NCBI RefSeq assembly: GCF_000142905.1
Contig: NW_013657679.1
Coordinates: 64,657-128,656 of the forward strand
DNA from: Thecamonas trahens ATCC 50062
Taxonomy: Eukaryota; Protista; Apusomonadida
Reading direction: 5' to 3'
Length of the DNA stretch: 64,000 bases
The position numbers were made by a program, and so were the translations under genes. This document shows, in pieces, positions 32,401 through 43,382 of this stretch. Under the pieces are notes generated by a model. It made no database searches. It had not been told where the DNA came from and saw only the letters and a list, made by a program, of their open reading frames with translations. The first letter of the stretch is position 1. Each line of letters begins with the position of its first letter.

Positions 32401-32919
32401 CTTTGTTGCCCTCGCCCACCTCCACTCTGCCTCGATCATCACGACTCGGCAGTTCGAGCTGGGCAAGTTGCTCGTCATGGCCGACGGCAACAAGCCCGCC
32501 GCCGTTGCCCATGCCGCCGCCGTCGCAGACACTATGGCCTCGCCGCGGCCGCTTCTCTGGTACCTCTACTCGGCAATGCTTGCCCCGCCTACGCTCTCGT
32601 CGTTGCCCGCGAGGCCAGGCCTCTGCTCGCCGATGAGCTCGCCAGGCTGGACTCCGCCGAAGCCCCCACGTCTGCACCCGCGTCTGCTACTAACGCTCCC
32701 TCTATCGCCGTCCAACTGGCTAGCGCTCGAGCCGCGGCTCTCACCAAGATCCACTCACCGACTGCCGCCTCGGCTGCGATGACCGGCTCGAAGCCTACGC
32801 AAGTGCAGCAGCCGGTGAGCTCTCCCCGCTCCGCGCTCGCCTCGGCGCGGCTCCAGGCCCTCACCGCGCTTCACTCCCCGGCATCCGGCACATCGCCCGC
32901 CGCGCCCGCCTTTAGCTGA
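29402..32919 (+). CDS. Large Ala/Pro-rich hypothetical protein with repeated helical (SHOCT-like) modules; three apparent frameshifts (about 32005, 32370, 32585)
   Basis: Successive ORFs 29396-32089, 31950-32375, 32372-32782 and 31927-32919 join by single-base corrections; the same module recurs across them. Confidence 0.6.
29943..30185 (+). repeat. Coding repeats: 60-bp x2 (TESLANPPQPEASSSPAPA), then 30-bp x4 (SSPAPATQPE)
   Basis: Visible in DNA and protein. Confidence 0.9.
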
Positions 32920-33128
32920 ACCGAGCCTCCGTGCTAAACCACCCAGATAGTCATCCCGACATCCAATGGAAGCACCGCCAGCCACATCAGAAGCTCTGTC
33001 GGCCCCCATGTCGCCGCAAAGAGCGACAAGCCAGTCACTCACCAACACACACGCACACACACACACACACACAAGGCCGGACACTCCACCTCCTACCAGC
33101 TGCCACATAGCCTCTACATTTGGCAGAC

Positions 33129-36100
33129 ATGAAGCTCTCCCGAGGCCCGTCTAACACAGGAGCTGGCAAACTGGCCCAGTTCACCAGCCTGCTCCAGCAA
33201 ATCCGGAGCGAGTCGTCGCACACGGGCAAGACCGAGGTGATCGAGAGGTTTCTGGCCAGCTACCAAGGCTCTGTCTACCTGCTCTTCAAGCTGCTGTTGA
33301 CCAAGGAGGATAAGAGAGTGTACAATATTCGCGATAAGCAGCTGGCAAAGCTCATGGCTCAACTGCTCGACATGCCTGTCGACTCGGTCCGGGGCCATCT
33401 CGCAAAGTCAGGCAGCATGGCAGAGACCGCCGCTTACTTCTTCTCAAAGGCATCATACCTCCGCCCGCAGGCCGTCTCTACCCTGAGCCTCGCCGAAGTC
33501 GACGCTTTTTTGGACAAGTTTACAGAGGCGACAACAGAGGCCGATCAGACCGCTCTGCTGGCCAAGGTCCTCGCTCGGGCGACGGCCGAGGATCTGGAGA
33601 CCTTTCTGCTTCTGCTCAACCACGATGTGCGGGCACGAATTGGAACGCATGCCGCACTCAAGGCGCTCGGCGTTGAGGCTGTCTCGGCCTACCGCCACTC
33701 GGCCGATCTCAAGTTGCTCATCGACCGCATGCGCGGGCGGACGCCGTCGTCGCTGGCCGCGGCCGAGTCGGGCGGCCCGCCGCCGTCGTCGGCCTCGAAC
33801 TTTACCCTCATGAAGCCGATCAAGCCGATGCTGGCCCGGGCGTGCAAATCGGTTGATGAGGCCTTTCGCCGTGTCCCGCAAGGCATGTACGCCGAGATCA
33901 AGTACGACGGCGAGCGGATCCAGATCCACAAGAACGGCTCGTCTTTTGCGTACTACTCGCGCAACCTCAAGCCTGTTCTCTCGTGGAAGACCGCACCGAT
34001 TGAGCAGTTTGTGCTCAACGCCACGTCTGCATCGACCATTGTGCTGGACGGCGAGATCCTGCTGGTCGACACCGCATCGGGCGCGCCGCTCCCGTTTGCC
34101 ATGTTCTCCAAGCACAAGAACGCCAACTTTGCGTCCGCCACCGTGTGCCTCTTCATTTTTGACATCCTCTACCTCGACGGAGTGCCGCTTCTGGACAAGC
34201 CGATCTCCGAGCGCCGTGCCCTGCTCAAGCAGCACCTCACAGTTGTGCCAAACCGGATCCAGCTCTCGGAGCTAACCGAGATCCACCAAGAGGCCGACTT
34301 GACCTCGCTCATGAATCGGGTCATCCGGCAAGGCCTCGAGGGACTTGTGCTCAAGGCCATCGACTCGGTCTACACGCCAGCGGCACGCCACTGGCTCAAG
34401 ATCAAGAAGGACTACCTCAAGGGCATGGCCGACACGGCCGACTTGGTCGTCCTTGGTGCGTACTACGGCAAGGGCTCGAACGGTGGCCTACTCACCACCT
34501 TTCTCATGGGCTCGTTCGATCCGGCCACGGCGCTGTGGAAGACCGTGTGTAAGGTCGGCTCGTTTGACGATGCCGGCGTCGCCGAGCTGCAAACCCGGTT
34601 CCTGCCGCTCATGGACCCGCTAGCTGGTCCCAATGCGCGCGCCATCCCGCCGTGGCTCGACGTCCACTCGGTCTACGCTCCGGACTTTGTGGTCCGCGAC
34701 CCGATGGCCATGCCGGTGTGGGAGGTCGAGGGCGCCGAGTTCTCCATCTCCTCGCATCACACCGCCAATGGCATCTCCATCCGATTCCCGCGTTTTGTCC
34801 GCGAGCGGACCGACAAGTCGGTGGCCGACCACACCTCACTCCCGCAGCTGGTTGCCCTTCGCGACGCCTCAGTCTCGGGCAACGTTCTCGCGCTCCGCGA
34901 CCGCGACTCGGGCTCGGCGTCGCGCTCAGCATCAGCGTCGGCGTCGGCGACGTCGCGCAAGCGGGGTGCCCAGGCCGCGATCACCCAGTTTGCCAACCCG
35001 GCCAAGAAGGCACGTGGTCTCTTGAGCTCGCCGAGCGGAGGCGTTGCGCCGCCGTCGTCGCCGCCGCCGCAGTGGACGGTGCCTGTGGCATCGCCCGCCG
35101 CAGCCCGTCCGAGCGCCGTCAACTATGTGACCGCGACGCTGGCCAACGTGTTGGCGTCGGACTGGGCGGGTGGACTGGCGGCAAGCGGCAAGCCTCTCTA
35201 TGTGGTGGCTATGGTGGTGGATGCGGCCGAGGCCTGGTCTGCGCCTGGATCGCAAGGTCCGGCGGTCGAGGCCGCGGCGCCCGGAGCCAAGTCGCGGTTC
35301 GCCGCGGCAGGTCAAGCGGCAGCTTCGCTTGGGGCCATCACGTTCCTAGAAGTCGCGCCGTTGGTGACCGTGGTGACGGTTGGCTGCCTCGACAGCTCTG
35401 CTGCGGTGAACACGGCGGCGGTGGCGATGCCGGGCTTTGTGACCTCGATCTACACGTCAGCGCTGGCCAAGGTTGCGGCGCGGGCGTACACCAACGGCGG
35501 CGCAGTTGTGGTACCCGAGGTCCGTGGCGGAGTGGTGCCGTATCTGGATCGGGCGGCGCTGTACAAGGCGCTGCAAGACACGACAGTGGCGCGGCGAGTG
35601 GTGACCATTGTGGCTGGCGCGGCGGGTCAGTCGACTCCGGCTCCGGCTCCGGCTGTGGGGCCACCACAAGTGGCGCCGACTGGCCCGGTGCCGATGGTGG
35701 AAGAGACGCGGGCGCCGCCGCCGCCAGTGGCGCCGGCAAAGCGGGTGACCAAGCCGCTGGTCCACAAGCGGGTGGTGCTTTCGGTGAAGGACGCCGAAAA
35801 GCGACGCAAGGTGGTGGCGGCGGTACGGGCGATGGGCGCCGAGGTACAGGAAGCGTGGCGGCCATCGGGCATCAACGCGTCGCACTTTATGATTGCGCTC
35901 AACGAGTCGCGGTCAGCCACTGAGGTCCGCGAGCTAGGTGCGCCGGTGGTCGGCATGTCGCTCCTGGAGCACCTGATGGCTGGGCACAAGCTGCCGAGCC
36001 GGCTGGAGCTGATCTCGCGATGGACAGTGTCGAATGCCGACGCCGAGACTGCGGCAGTGGAGGCGCGGCCGATGGCAGTGGCGCAGCCGGTGAAGGCACA

Positions 36101-36473
36101 GCCAGTGGAGGCGGAGCAAGTGGAGGCACCGGCTGCGGCCAAGCCGGCCAGTGCTGTCTTTGCGGGTGTCACTGTTCTCCTCTACAACGTGCCGGCTGCC
36201 GAGTACTCGGAAGTGTACCGGTATCTTGTGGCCCACGAGGCCGAGGTGCTCAACGCCGAGCCAGACGCGCTAGATGCGGTCGGCGATGTGGCGAGCGCGT
36301 CGGTGCCGGGCTCCGGGCTGGACACGATTGTGGTTGGCGACGGCTCCGGCTGGGACGCGGTGCTGGCGGCGATCGGCGGCGCGCATCCGCAGGTGCGAGT
36401 CAAGACCGTCGGGTGGGTATGGGCGTCGATCAAGGCCGGTGCAGTGGTCGAGGGCCACGAGCTGGTGCGGTGA
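33129..36473 (+). CDS. LIG3: ATP-dependent DNA ligase III-like with macro-like domain and two BRCT-like domains
   Basis: PIKPMLARAC, EIKYDGERIQIHK, LDGEI, EGLVLK, RHWLKIKKDYL, DLVVLGAYYG, ISIRFPR; BRCT-like 'VFAGVTVLL...RYLVAHEAEV...VGWVWASI'. Confidence 0.9.
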   Translation: MKLSRGPSNTGAGKLAQFTSLLQQIRSESSHTGKTEVIERFLASYQGSVYLLFKLLLTKEDKRVYNIRDKQLAKLMAQLLDMPVDSVRGHLAKSGSMAETAAYFFSKASYLRPQAVSTLSLAEVDAFLDKFTEATTEADQTALLAKVLARATAEDLETFLLLLNHDVRARIGTHAALKALGVEAVSAYRHSADLKLLIDRMRGRTPSSLAAAESGGPPPSSASNFTLMKPIKPMLARACKSVDEAFRRVPQGMYAEIKYDGERIQIHKNGSSFAYYSRNLKPVLSWKTAPIEQFVLNATSASTIVLDGEILLVDTASGAPLPFAMFSKHKNANFASATVCLFIFDILYLDGVPLLDKPISERRALLKQHLTVVPNRIQLSELTEIHQEADLTSLMNRVIRQGLEGLVLKAIDSVYTPAARHWLKIKKDYLKGMADTADLVVLGAYYGKGSNGGLLTTFLMGSFDPATALWKTVCKVGSFDDAGVAELQTRFLPLMDPLAGPNARAIPPWLDVHSVYAPDFVVRDPMAMPVWEVEGAEFSISSHHTANGISIRFPRFVRERTDKSVADHTSLPQLVALRDASVSGNVLALRDRDSGSASRSASASASATSRKRGAQAAITQFANPAKKARGLLSSPSGGVAPPSSPPPQWTVPVASPAAARPSAVNYVTATLANVLASDWAGGLAASGKPLYVVAMVVDAAEAWSAPGSQGPAVEAAAPGAKSRFAAAGQAAASLGAITFLEVAPLVTVVTVGCLDSSAAVNTAAVAMPGFVTSIYTSALAKVAARAYTNGGAVVVPEVRGGVVPYLDRAALYKALQDTTVARRVVTIVAGAAGQSTPAPAPAVGPPQVAPTGPVPMVEETRAPPPPVAPAKRVTKPLVHKRVVLSVKDAEKRRKVVAAVRAMGAEVQEAWRPSGINASHFMIALNESRSATEVRELGAPVVGMSLLEHLMAGHKLPSRLELISRWTVSNADAETAAVEARPMAVAQPVKAQPVEAEQVEAPAAAKPASAVFAGVTVLLYNVPAAEYSEVYRYLVAHEAEVLNAEPDALDAVGDVASASVPGSGLDTIVVGDGSGWDAVLAAIGGAHPQVRVKTVGWVWASIKAGAVVEGHELVR

Positions 36474-36480
36474 GCTCGAG

Positions 36481-39400
36481 TCACAGGGTGGCGGCCGTGG
36501 GGCGGCCGGCGCGGGTGTGGAGAGCACGTGCCGCCATGACGGTGTAAATTCGCTGGGCGACGTTGTACTCGACAGTCTCGATGAGCGGCGCAAGCATGCC
36601 GGTGTCATCGACGTGGTCTGAGACGAGCTCCGGGTGGTGCTCGACGAGCGAGGTGATGCAGGCGATGGCGGAGCGCTTGTCGCGGGCCGAGATAAACACT
36701 TTGGAGGGCGTGGCAACGGCGGAGCGATCGAGGCCAAAGCCGTGGAGGGCGGCAAGGAGGTCAGAGACGTCCGGGCGGACCTTGCTAAGGAGAGCGTTGA
36801 GTGGGGCGAGCGGGTCATAGTTGGAGAAAGATGTGCCCTCGGCGAGGTGGGAGATGAGCTTGGAGAGGAGGACGAGGGTAGCGCGGCCCTCGGGGGTGGG
36901 CTCGGGGGTTTCTGTGGCGTAGACGTGCGGCGAGAGCAGCATGGGCAGGACCATGCGCTGGATAAAGAAATGGCACCATAGTTGGGCATGATGACCGCGG
37001 CGTCAAGCGCACGGCATAAGTCATGGAACCGCGGTGGGAGTGCGCGTGCGGCGTGACCGAGGGCGACGATGAGTGCCGAGAGGAGGCGATGGACCGAGAC
37101 AACAAGCGCGCGGGCTTTCGGCGAGGCCTCATTGGCCAGTGCCGAGGTGTCGAGGACCTTGCACGAGGCGCCGACGGGCGCAAGGACCGGAAGGAGCTCG
37201 GTGCGGAGAACGTCGACGGTGACGAGCTCAAAGTAGACCGAGAGAATGCGCGACGGGGGTGAGTTGCGCATAAACGATGAGAACTCGCGGATGGAGGCGC
37301 AGCGAGTGCGGAGCGTGGCCTTGCGGCCGGGAAGGGCGCCTCCGGATGCCGGGTCGGCGCGGGTCTCTGGGCTGTTCGACTCCAGCTGGCGGTTGATCCA
37401 TTCGCCGGTGAGGGCGGCGACAAACGGCTCGGCGTGCTCCGACGCGAGGCCAAGGCGGACGTAGGCACGGGCGAGCGCATCGGCTTGAGCTGATGTCGAG
37501 GCGACGACATCATGAAGCGCAAGGTAGAGGCGTGGGCCACCGACAACAAAGAGGACCCGCGCAAAGAGGTTGACAAGGGCCGGGACCGGGAGGGCAGCGC
37601 GCTCGGGTGGACCGGCGAGGACGTTGGCGAGATGAACGAGGACGTTAGCAGCGCCGGAAAAGGTGTTCGAGTCGACCCAGAGGACCGAGCCGCAGGCATC
37701 GAGCAGCAGCTCGAGGTGCTGGGCAAGCGGTGCGGCGATGCGGTCAAGGGCGGTCTCGACGTCTGCAGCGGTGATGCCAGAGCGGAGGTCGTTGGGCGCG
37801 GCGGGCGCGTCGCGGAGCACGGCGGCAAAGAAGGCGTCGCGCATGTCGAGGTGCGACGCGACAAATTCGTCGTAGCACCCGAGGTGGGGGTGCTTGGCGG
37901 CAGCAGTAGTTACCCCAGAGGCAAGCTTTTGCAGCATCTGCGAGAGGACAACAAGATTACGGCGGGCGCGCTGACTCGGTGCCAAGCCGATGAGGCCGTA
38001 GCGGGCTGGCGAAGCGAGGGCCGGACAAATGAAGCGGAGGAAGAGGAAGGAGCCGATGGCAAAGTTTCCGGCGCCCTCAAACTTGGCCTCGACCGCGGTG
38101 TGAACAATAGTAGCGACGGCGCGCATGAGCGGCGGCATGGCGGAGACAGCCGCGGCGAGGCGGGTAAAGACGGCGTGGCCGTAGTCAATGACGGCCTGGG
38201 CGTGGGCGGCGAGGACAACGTCCGGGCTAGCGGCGTTGCCGATAGCAGCCGAATCGAGTTTGGCCGGATCGAGCTCGAGGTCACGAGCCGGGTCGCAGAG
38301 CTCGTGGACGATCCACGCCAAGTTGGTGTTGAGGTACTCTTGCCCGACGAGTGAAGCGAGGGCGGTGAGGAGGCGGGAAGCTGACGAATTGCCGCGGAAG
38401 AGCGTAGTGACAGTGTCGGTGGCGGCAACTTCGGCAGCGACGGCCCAGGCGAGGAGATCGAGGAAGCGGCCGTGTGGGAGAAGGATGGTAGTGAGGATGC
38501 GGGCAAAGGCGAGTGACATGGGCGCGCCGAGCGGAGTGGCAAAGAGCGCTTTGGGCAGGGCGAGTGAGGGGTGAACAAGGAGCTCCAGCAACGGCTGCGA
38601 TGGGCCGAGGAACGTCCGCGTGGTGTGGGAAAACATCCACCGTTGGAAGAGCCAGTCGGGGATGCCGGTGAGCATGCGGACGAGGTCTCGATCGCCAGCG
38701 ACCTCCATCTGACTTCGCAAGAGGTCGCACGAGTCGGCCACCATTTTGGCGGAGAACGGGAACATGACCGAGTCGTCGCCCAATCCTGAGATGACGGTTG
38801 TTTCGGCATCCGAGCGCGCAGTCGAGGTTGAAAGCTCCGAGATGGACCGCACCGCGCGCGGATTCGACGAGTCTGGTGAGAGCGGCGATGAGCCAATGTC
38901 AGACGACGACGCGGCGATATCGTGAGCCAGCGCCGACGCGGCGTCGTCCGAGAGGTGCGGCATGGTGAGTCGGACGCGAGCAGTAGAGAGAACATGTGGA
39001 AGGGCAGCGTCAGCTGATTCGGGTGAGAGCGAGCCCGGTGGGACAGGGAAGCCGCCGGGCACCGGCGAAGAGCTGGCGTCGCCGGGAGAGCCGACGTCGC
39101 TCGTTGAGAGCGCCACCACATGATAGGCACTGAGATCATCCAGTGTCTCACCAAAAGAAGAAGAAAAGGAGGAAAAGGTATCCCCATCCGACGAGATATC
39201 ATCAAACGAGACGGTGGCGACGGTGGCCGACTCTGCCCGCAATCGCGCGAGGGCATGAGCTGCCATAGAAGGCGGCAAGTGGGAGGCCTGTTCGCCCTGC
39301 AAGCCATCATCACCATGGAGCGTTCCTGGTCGCGATGATGGTGGAGTACCAACCGTGGCCGGAAGAGGATCAGGCGAGCCAATAGCCACATGGGAAGAAG

Positions 39401-39740
39401 CTCTCCGCTCGGGACAGACCGGCCGAGCTGAGAGCGATGACGGGGTCGAGACAGCCGAGAGTTTGGTCGAATCAAGCGAGAGTGAGGCCACTCCATCAGC
39501 CGATGCGGCCAAAGGCGAGGAAGAGAGCAACGTTGTTGATGATGATGGCGATGATGATAATGACGATGGTGCCGGCATGACCGTCGCTGACGCCGTCGTC
39601 GCTGAAGTTGTCGCCGCCGTCTTGGCCCGGAGATACTCTAGCTCCAGGGCCTGGTCGGAAAGTGCGTCATTAGCACGGGCAAGGGCGGCCCGGAGGCGAG
39701 CATTCTCTGCCCGAAGTTGTTGTACTTCGTCCTGGGACAT
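36481..39740 (-). CDS. Ras GTPase-activating protein with a second degenerate RasGAP domain; frameshift near 36970
   Basis: Arginine finger TLFRGNS, signature FLFLRFICPALASP, RRNLVVLSQMLQKLA; second copy SFMRNSP...FFIQRMVLPMLLSP...RATLVLLSKLISHLA. Confidence 0.88.
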
Positions 39741-39947
39741 ACAGGGGGGTGGGGGGGGGGGGGGGGGGGGGTAGCGAAGTGAGTGGAGTGTGTCGCACGA
39801 AAATGGCGTGGGCACGGGCAGAGCAGCGGGGCGGGGGGAGGGCCCATCTCTCCCCGCCCCTGGGGGTTGGTGGCGATCAGGAGGCTCTGTCTGTGGCAGA
39901 TGGATTTGATGTGGAAGGGACGGGCAGAGTAGAGGGAGGGGGCTTGA

Positions 39948-40810
<863 letters not shown>

Positions 40811-41035
40811 CACGCGCAGTCGTCACAGAAGTCAAGTGTCCCGCCTCCGACCACCATCTCGCCCAACTCGCCCGACTCGCCCAACTCGCGAGACACGCCC
40901 GACACGCCCGACACGCCCGACTCGGGAAGACGCCCGACACGCCAGGTTAGAGACGAGGGAAGATTGATGAACGGGGCGACGGGCAACAACAGGCTGCAGG
41001 GAAACGGAAAAGAGGCTGCTGATTGTTGACGCATG

Positions 41036-41103
<68 letters not shown>

Positions 41104-41124
41104 TTCTTCATCATCTTCTTCTTC
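41036..41124. repeat. (ATC)n/(TTC)n microsatellite, intergenic
   Basis: Direct. Confidence 0.97.
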
Positions 41125-41179
41125 TATGCACGGGTGATGGTGTTTGGTTTGGTTGCTCCTGCTGTGGTGTGGAAGTGGA

Positions 41180-42715
41180 CTAAGGCTCTATCGTGCCGTC
41201 GGTGAGGAGGAACTGGGTGACACGGAGCGTGCAGAAGGCATCCGAGGCCGCGTACATCAGCTGCTTGTGGGCAAGCGGCCAGGCGGACCAATCGGACATC
41301 TGCGCGCCCTTGCCAAGGCGCTTGCCAAAGATGAGGGCAACAAGAGCGCGGAGCGAGGCCGAAACAAAGCCGCGATCGCGGGCGAGTGGAACAAGGTCAA
41401 TAAAGCCGCGCGGCTCAAAGGAGCCGTACTCAGCCAGCCGGCCGAGGTCGCCGTGAACGCCCGGCGCATACTTGGGCACGTGGCTAGCCTCGAAGAGCGG
41501 GATGAGCGGCACAATCGTTCCGAGGACAAGAACAGGGATAATGTAGGTGATGCCCGATTCGAGGGCGAGCTGGACAATGGCCGTGGGATTGGGCGCCGCA
41601 CCCTTGATGTAGTTGGGCTGCCACTCGGTGTCAAAGCCGATCATGGTGGCGAGGCCTGTGGCAAAAGCGTTGAGGATCTTCTCGACAACGATGGCCATGG
41701 CAGCGGCCGACTCGACGATCTCGATGTGAGTCTCCAACTTGGAGAGACGAAAGAGCGGTAGCTCGTTGATGTTGGCCTTGGTGATACGCTTCTCAGCGTG
41801 GATCCAGTAGAGGTGGGACTTCGCGCCCTCGAGCGACGGCATGGTCTTGCCGCACTCGGGACAGACGATCTTGCCGCGATGGCCAACAGCACGGGCATGG
41901 GCTCGCAACGCCTCATCTGACCCGGTCTTCTTGCAGTCGGAGCACTTGTGTTGCTTGTGAAGGTGTTGGACACGCTCGTCGTCGGTGAGAAACACTTCGC
42001 TGCAGTACTTGCACGGCGTACCCTCGTAGTCGCCGAGCACGTGGTCGGCTTCGGTGACACTGACCAGTTTGCAGCCCTCACTCGAGCTCCCAGGCGGATA
42101 CAAATAAATAATGCTCCCACCCCTCCGAATGCTCATATCAAGCAAAGACATGATGTCCGAACCAAAGATGACGGCCCAGTACGGCTTGACCGAGCCCACG
42201 GCGTTGAGCATGATGTCGGCGGCGACCTCGCCGCCTCCATCAAGCTGAAAGTAAGCGGTGATGGTAAGGACAAAGCGGACACGCATCGGCTCCCACTCTT
42301 CAGGAGGTGCAGCATCGACTGAGCCCAGATGCTTGATGTAGAGCTTGTCCCGAACGTCCTTGGGCAGATGGTTGAGACCGATGATGGAAGTGGTCGAAGC
42401 CGTTGAGATCAGAGCATTGAACAGCATCCGAGCAGGCGCTGGCACGCCCACATCCACCGCAATCCTCGCCCGTGCAGCACTTGTTGTACTCTTTGGATGC
42501 GTTGCGAAACCAGACACAGATGTCCGTTCAAGCATGGGGAACGCGGTCCGCCACGTGGCTTCCTGCTCGCGTCCTGCACCCGCGCCTGCATCTGCTGACG
42601 ACGATGCCGGCGCCGAAGATGCCGCTGTGCCTGCTCCGCCATTCTTCCTTCCATTGCTTCCGCCCCTCTGGCCTTTGCCTCTACGTTTGCCTCTCCGCGA
42701 GCCTCTGCCTGGCAT
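41180..42715 (-). CDS. DEDDy 3'-5' exonuclease (WRN/EXD2-like) with three C2H2 zinc fingers and a degenerate retropepsin-like domain
   Basis: ExoI GFDTEW, AIVQLA, ExoII GVHGDL, SLRALV, ExoIII SDW...QLMYAASDA; CKYC..H..H, CSDC..H..H, CPECGK..H..H. Confidence 0.85.
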   Translation of the reverse strand: MPGRGSRRGKRRGKGQRGGSNGRKNGGAGTAASSAPASSSADAGAGAGREQEATWRTAFPMLERTSVSGFATHPKSTTSAARARIAVDVGVPAPARMLFNALISTASTTSIIGLNHLPKDVRDKLYIKHLGSVDAAPPEEWEPMRVRFVLTITAYFQLDGGGEVAADIMLNAVGSVKPYWAVIFGSDIMSLLDMSIRRGGSIIYLYPPGSSSEGCKLVSVTEADHVLGDYEGTPCKYCSEVFLTDDERVQHLHKQHKCSDCKKTGSDEALRAHARAVGHRGKIVCPECGKTMPSLEGAKSHLYWIHAEKRITKANINELPLFRLSKLETHIEIVESAAAMAIVVEKILNAFATGLATMIGFDTEWQPNYIKGAAPNPTAIVQLALESGITYIIPVLVLGTIVPLIPLFEASHVPKYAPGVHGDLGRLAEYGSFEPRGFIDLVPLARDRGFVSASLRALVALIFGKRLGKGAQMSDWSAWPLAHKQLMYAASDAFCTLRVTQFLLTDGTIEP

Positions 42716-42759
42716 GTGGGAGAAAGAGTCGAGTGTGTGTGTGTGGTGGGGGAGGACGT

Positions 42760-42872
42760 CAGTAGGCGGCGATCGAGGGCAGTAGGCGGCGATCGAGGGC
42801 AGTAGGCGGCGATCGAGGGCAGTAGGCGGCGATCGAGGGCAGTAGGCGGCGACCGAGGGCAGTAGGCGGCGA
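42760..42872. repeat. 20-bp tandem repeat cagtaggcggcgatcgaggg, about 5.6 copies
   Basis: Direct. Confidence 0.97.
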
Positions 42873-42962
42873 GTCGCAGTGGAGAAGGGATACGGTCAAG
42901 ATGTTAGAGGCAGTGTAGGTGGTATAAGACAATAAGCATTCATTTCATTCGGTATCATGTGG

Positions 42963-43242
42963 ATCCCCATCTCCATCACTGTCCCCGATCTCCCTCCCCA
43001 CCCCGATCACCACCACCCCATTCCCCCACACCCTGCCAACCACCATCCATCCACCATCACACCACCACCACCACCACCACCACCACCACCACCACCACCA
43101 CATCCCCATCTACTCATCCTACCCATCCCCATCTCCATCACTGTCCCCGATCTCCCTCCCACCCGATCACCACCACCCCATTCCCCCACACCCTGCCAAC
43201 CACCATCCATCCACCATCACACCACCACCACCACCACCACCA
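42963..43242. repeat. Tandem duplication, period about 162 bp, C/A-rich with (CCA)n
   Basis: atccccatctccatcactgtccccgatctccc... starts at 42963 and again at 43125. Confidence 0.9.
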
Positions 43243-43382
43243 CACACCACACACCACACACACCACTCCACCCCCCGCCACACACACACACACACTTTCC
43301 CCCTCCACCATCCCCCCCCCACTCGTGCCACACACAGGCATCCTCAGGTTGGACACGTAGGAGACAGACAGTGACAGAGACC

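Noticed and set aside
36270-36473. Long CDS overlap between LIG3 and the RasGAP ORF
   Set aside because: Artefact of the frameshift near 36970; the corrected RasGAP ends at 36481
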